Below, piece after piece: positions 27,763 through 29,618 of a stretch of DNA of 29,618 nt (positions are counted from its first letter, which is position 1; every line of letters begins with the position of its first letter). Position numbers and translations under genes: made by a program. Source of the DNA: a virus (Duplodnaviria; Caudoviricetes); IMG/VR virus record IMGVR_UViG_3300020045_000605, positions 1 through 29,618 of that record; one strand, 5' to 3'. The notes beneath the pieces are model-generated. The model was not told where the DNA came from and ran no database searches. It was given only the letters and a program-made list of their open reading frames with translations.

Positions 27763-28470
27763 TTATCTCTTACCAGAATGAAAAATATCAACAGGTAAAT
27801 CGTCCAAAAGACTTGGATCTTCAATTAATGGAACTTCATCAACTTCTAAGGCATCTGAATATTCAAAAAAGTCTTCCAGAGAAAATTCAGCTTCATTAGC
27901 GGTGGTCATTGATTCAGGAGAACTTGTGGCAGATGGAACAACAACAAATGAACTAGATTTATCAAGTGAAGGAGGGTCAGTTGAGTTTGTCTTAGTCGAA
28001 AAGGAATTAATCTCTGGAAGACCTTTACCTTTAATAGTTTTGTTTATTGCAGCTTCGATGGCATTTATTTCAGCATCGAGCTCTTCATCAGTTTTAGTTT
28101 GCAACATCATATCAATGTTCAAGCGATCTGGCGCTTTATAACCATTGCGATCAAGAACATCTTTAGCTGCATTAAACTGGACGCTTGCTGGAACTGCTTT
28201 GCGTGAACTCTTGTCGAGTAAGTGTGAAAAAGTGTCAAGTGCATCTTTGTTGAGGCTTACAAGTTTTTTGCGTACATCTAAAGTTGCTTCATGTGCACGA
28301 TCTTGCAAACCATTCAAGTAGGCTTGTCCAAGTGGTGAATGAAGAATAATTGATACTGTTGACTGAGTCATTCCAAGACGCTCAGCGATTTCATTATTCT
28401 TATAGCCATTAAATGACATTTGAATAATGTTGCGGTGCTGAGATTTTAGCTCTTTTAGAATGGTTGTCAT
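27763..28470 (-). CDS. terS: Terminase small subunit (HTH) with long acidic C-terminal tail
   Basis: HTH GYKNNEIAERLGMTQSTVS; VQFNAAKDVLDRNGYKA oligomerisation pattern; adjacent to terL. MTTILKEL is preferred over the longer ORF start at 28575. Confidence 0.75.
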   Translation of the reverse strand: MTTILKELKSQHRNIIQMSFNGYKNNEIAERLGMTQSTVSIILHSPLGQAYLNGLQDRAHEATLDVRKKLVSLNKDALDTFSHLLDKSSRKAVPASVQFNAAKDVLDRNGYKAPDRLNIDMMLQTKTDEELDAEINAIEAAINKTIKGKGLPEINSFSTKTNSTDPPSLDKSSSFVVVPSATSSPESMTTANEAEFSLEDFFEYSDALEVDEVPLIEDPSLLDDLPVDIFHSGKR

Positions 28471-28750
28471 AATGAAACTTAGTAGGTAGTTAATATTGGT
28501 TTTGTAAACCTTTTGGTATATCTTATAATAGTGTGACATTTTATTGTGGAAAAAGCAATGAAAAAGTGATAGCACCTTAATTATCCTTATTCACACCTTT
28601 TGACGGCAATCATATGATGCCCGGCCTAATTTAAAACCTTATTCACTGCTTTAATGCCTAGTCAGTTTCTATAATCCCAAATTGAATGTCTGGTAACTTT
28701 TATTTGTTCCATGCCTGGATGACTGTTCATTTGTGAACAATGAGTTTTTA

Positions 28751-29263
28751 CTATAATAAATTATTTTCTATTAAATATTTCTTTGCAGAAGAACGAGTAT
28801 TTAAAAGCTGATAATTTAATTTTAGTTCAGCTTCATACCTAACTTTTACAGCTTCTTCAAAAGAATTAAATATACCTAAAGCAATATTCTTTCTATTAAC
28901 ACTAATGCGAGCTTGCCATTTTCCTGATGCTTTATGCAGTGATACTCCAACTACTCCTGAAATATTATTAGATCTGTTTGGAACATTAATTGCATTTTCA
29001 ATATAAGAAGATTCACGAAGATTTTCAATTCTATTATCTTGACGATTACTATTAATATGATCCAATTGACAAGATGGAAACTTTCCGTAATGATAAAGCC
29101 AAACAAGTCTATGAACTAAATAATTTTTATACTTAATACAAATTCTTAAATAACCCCTCATGTAAGATCCAGCAACTTTATTAGTAGCTCTTCTTATAAG
29201 AACACCTTTTTCATAATCATACTTAAATAATCTTTTAAGTTCTTGTTGAGTAAGTTCTTGCAT
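28751..29263 (-). CDS. HNH endonuclease with C-terminal AP2 domain (free-standing homing endonuclease-like)
   Basis: HRLVW...DHINSNRQDNRIENLR (HNH); SGVVGVS...KWQARI...LGIFNSFEEA (AP2); SD AGGAG. Confidence 0.9.
   Translation of the reverse strand: MQELTQQELKRLFKYDYEKGVLIRRATNKVAGSYMRGYLRICIKYKNYLVHRLVWLYHYGKFPSCQLDHINSNRQDNRIENLRESSYIENAINVPNRSNNISGVVGVSLHKASGKWQARISVNRKNIALGIFNSFEEAVKVRYEAELKLNYQLLNTRSSAKKYLIENNLL
28847..28915 (-). repeat. Internal copy of the right-end inverted repeat
   Basis: Exact reverse complement of 29550-29618. Confidence 0.95.
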
Positions 29264-29306
29264 AATAATCTCCTATGAAAAATGTTTATAATAACTATTT
29301 AAAATA

Positions 29307-29334
29307 ATAGTAACTCGAATATAGAAATTTGCAA
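29307..29334 (-). promoter_or_regulatory. Possible sigma70-type promoter upstream of the HNH gene
   Basis: TTGCAA-16 nt-TACTAT, about 45 nt upstream of the ATG. The AT-rich context makes a chance match possible. Confidence 0.3.
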
Positions 29335-29549
29335 GGGGTTTATTTGGTGTTTTTTGACTCCATTAATAAATGCTTGGTTTTCGTTTTTCAGTATAGAAAC
29401 CCTAATCTGTAACCTGGAGATCGAGGCATCAACCTCTTCGAGGCTCAACAAATAAAAAGATTGTTCCCAATTGAAAGATATGGAAAGATAAAATTGGCAA
29501 GCATTATAGATATGGTGACTGGAAATCTGGGATGCAAAATAACTATTGA

Positions 29550-29618
29550 CAAGCTCGCATTAGTGTTAATAGAAAGAATATTGCTTTAGGTATATTTAAT
29601 TCTTTTGAAGAAGCTGTA
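29550..29618 (+). repeat. Inverted copy of 28847-28915 (AP2 region of the HNH gene), 69/69 identical
   Basis: Direct base-by-base comparison; runs to the window end. Confidence 0.95.

Noticed and set aside
676-28141. Short plus-strand and nested alternative-frame ORFs in the supplied track (e.g. 12146-12553, 20337-20753, 21089-21421)
   Set aside because: They lie wholly antisense to or within well-supported minus-strand genes and have no recognisable motifs; treated as shadow ORFs.
28471-28575. N-terminal extension of TerS in the ORF track
   Set aside because: It is an AT-rich, promoter-like stretch with a non-ATG start; MTTILKEL sits right before the HTH.
29420-29590. Plus-strand open frame near the right end
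   Set aside because: No convincing start or SD, and it runs into the probable chimeric inverted copy.
1-29618. Genome-wide TGA reassignment (genetic code 4 or 25)
   Set aside because: TGA terminates several genes with ATGA start overlaps or directly before an SD (11725, 12573, 14851, 23663), and long genes are uninterrupted under code 11. The recoding appears local.
1-29618. CRISPR array, tRNA (including selC), integrase
   Set aside because: No regularly spaced repeats, cloverleaf or recombinase motifs were seen by eye; intergenic gaps are mostly too short. tRNAscan/Aragorn was not run.

Overview
This is an AT-rich, one-directional (minus-strand) virion morphogenesis operon of a podovirus-like tailed phage (Caudoviricetes), probably a whole assembled contig. 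Read right to left, it carries an HNH-AP2 endonuclease, small and large terminase, portal, GroES co-chaperonin, scaffold, decoration and major capsid proteins, capsid appendages, an SGNH hydrolase, a lipoprotein/membrane (lysis-like) cassette, adaptor/tail genes and a frameshift-split ~2,230-aa polyvalent ejection protein, ending at an intrinsic terminator. The main finding is an unannotated 87-codon gene (15436-15699, minus) in the membrane cassette. It encodes a phospholipase A2-like protein (C...CCxxHDxxY...AD...C) in which three of four expected cysteines are in-frame TGA codons, two of them in tandem. Each TGA site is followed by a bacterial SECIS-like hairpin, and TGA is an ordinary stop elsewhere in the genome, so this is a candidate phage-encoded multi-selenocysteine protein. 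Also notable: a structured RNA between the capsid gene and the next gene, a shared NFPNGI N-terminal motif on two capsid-adjacent proteins, and inverted fold-back copies at both window ends (probably chimeric artefacts). Family assignments come from motif recognition only; no searches were run.
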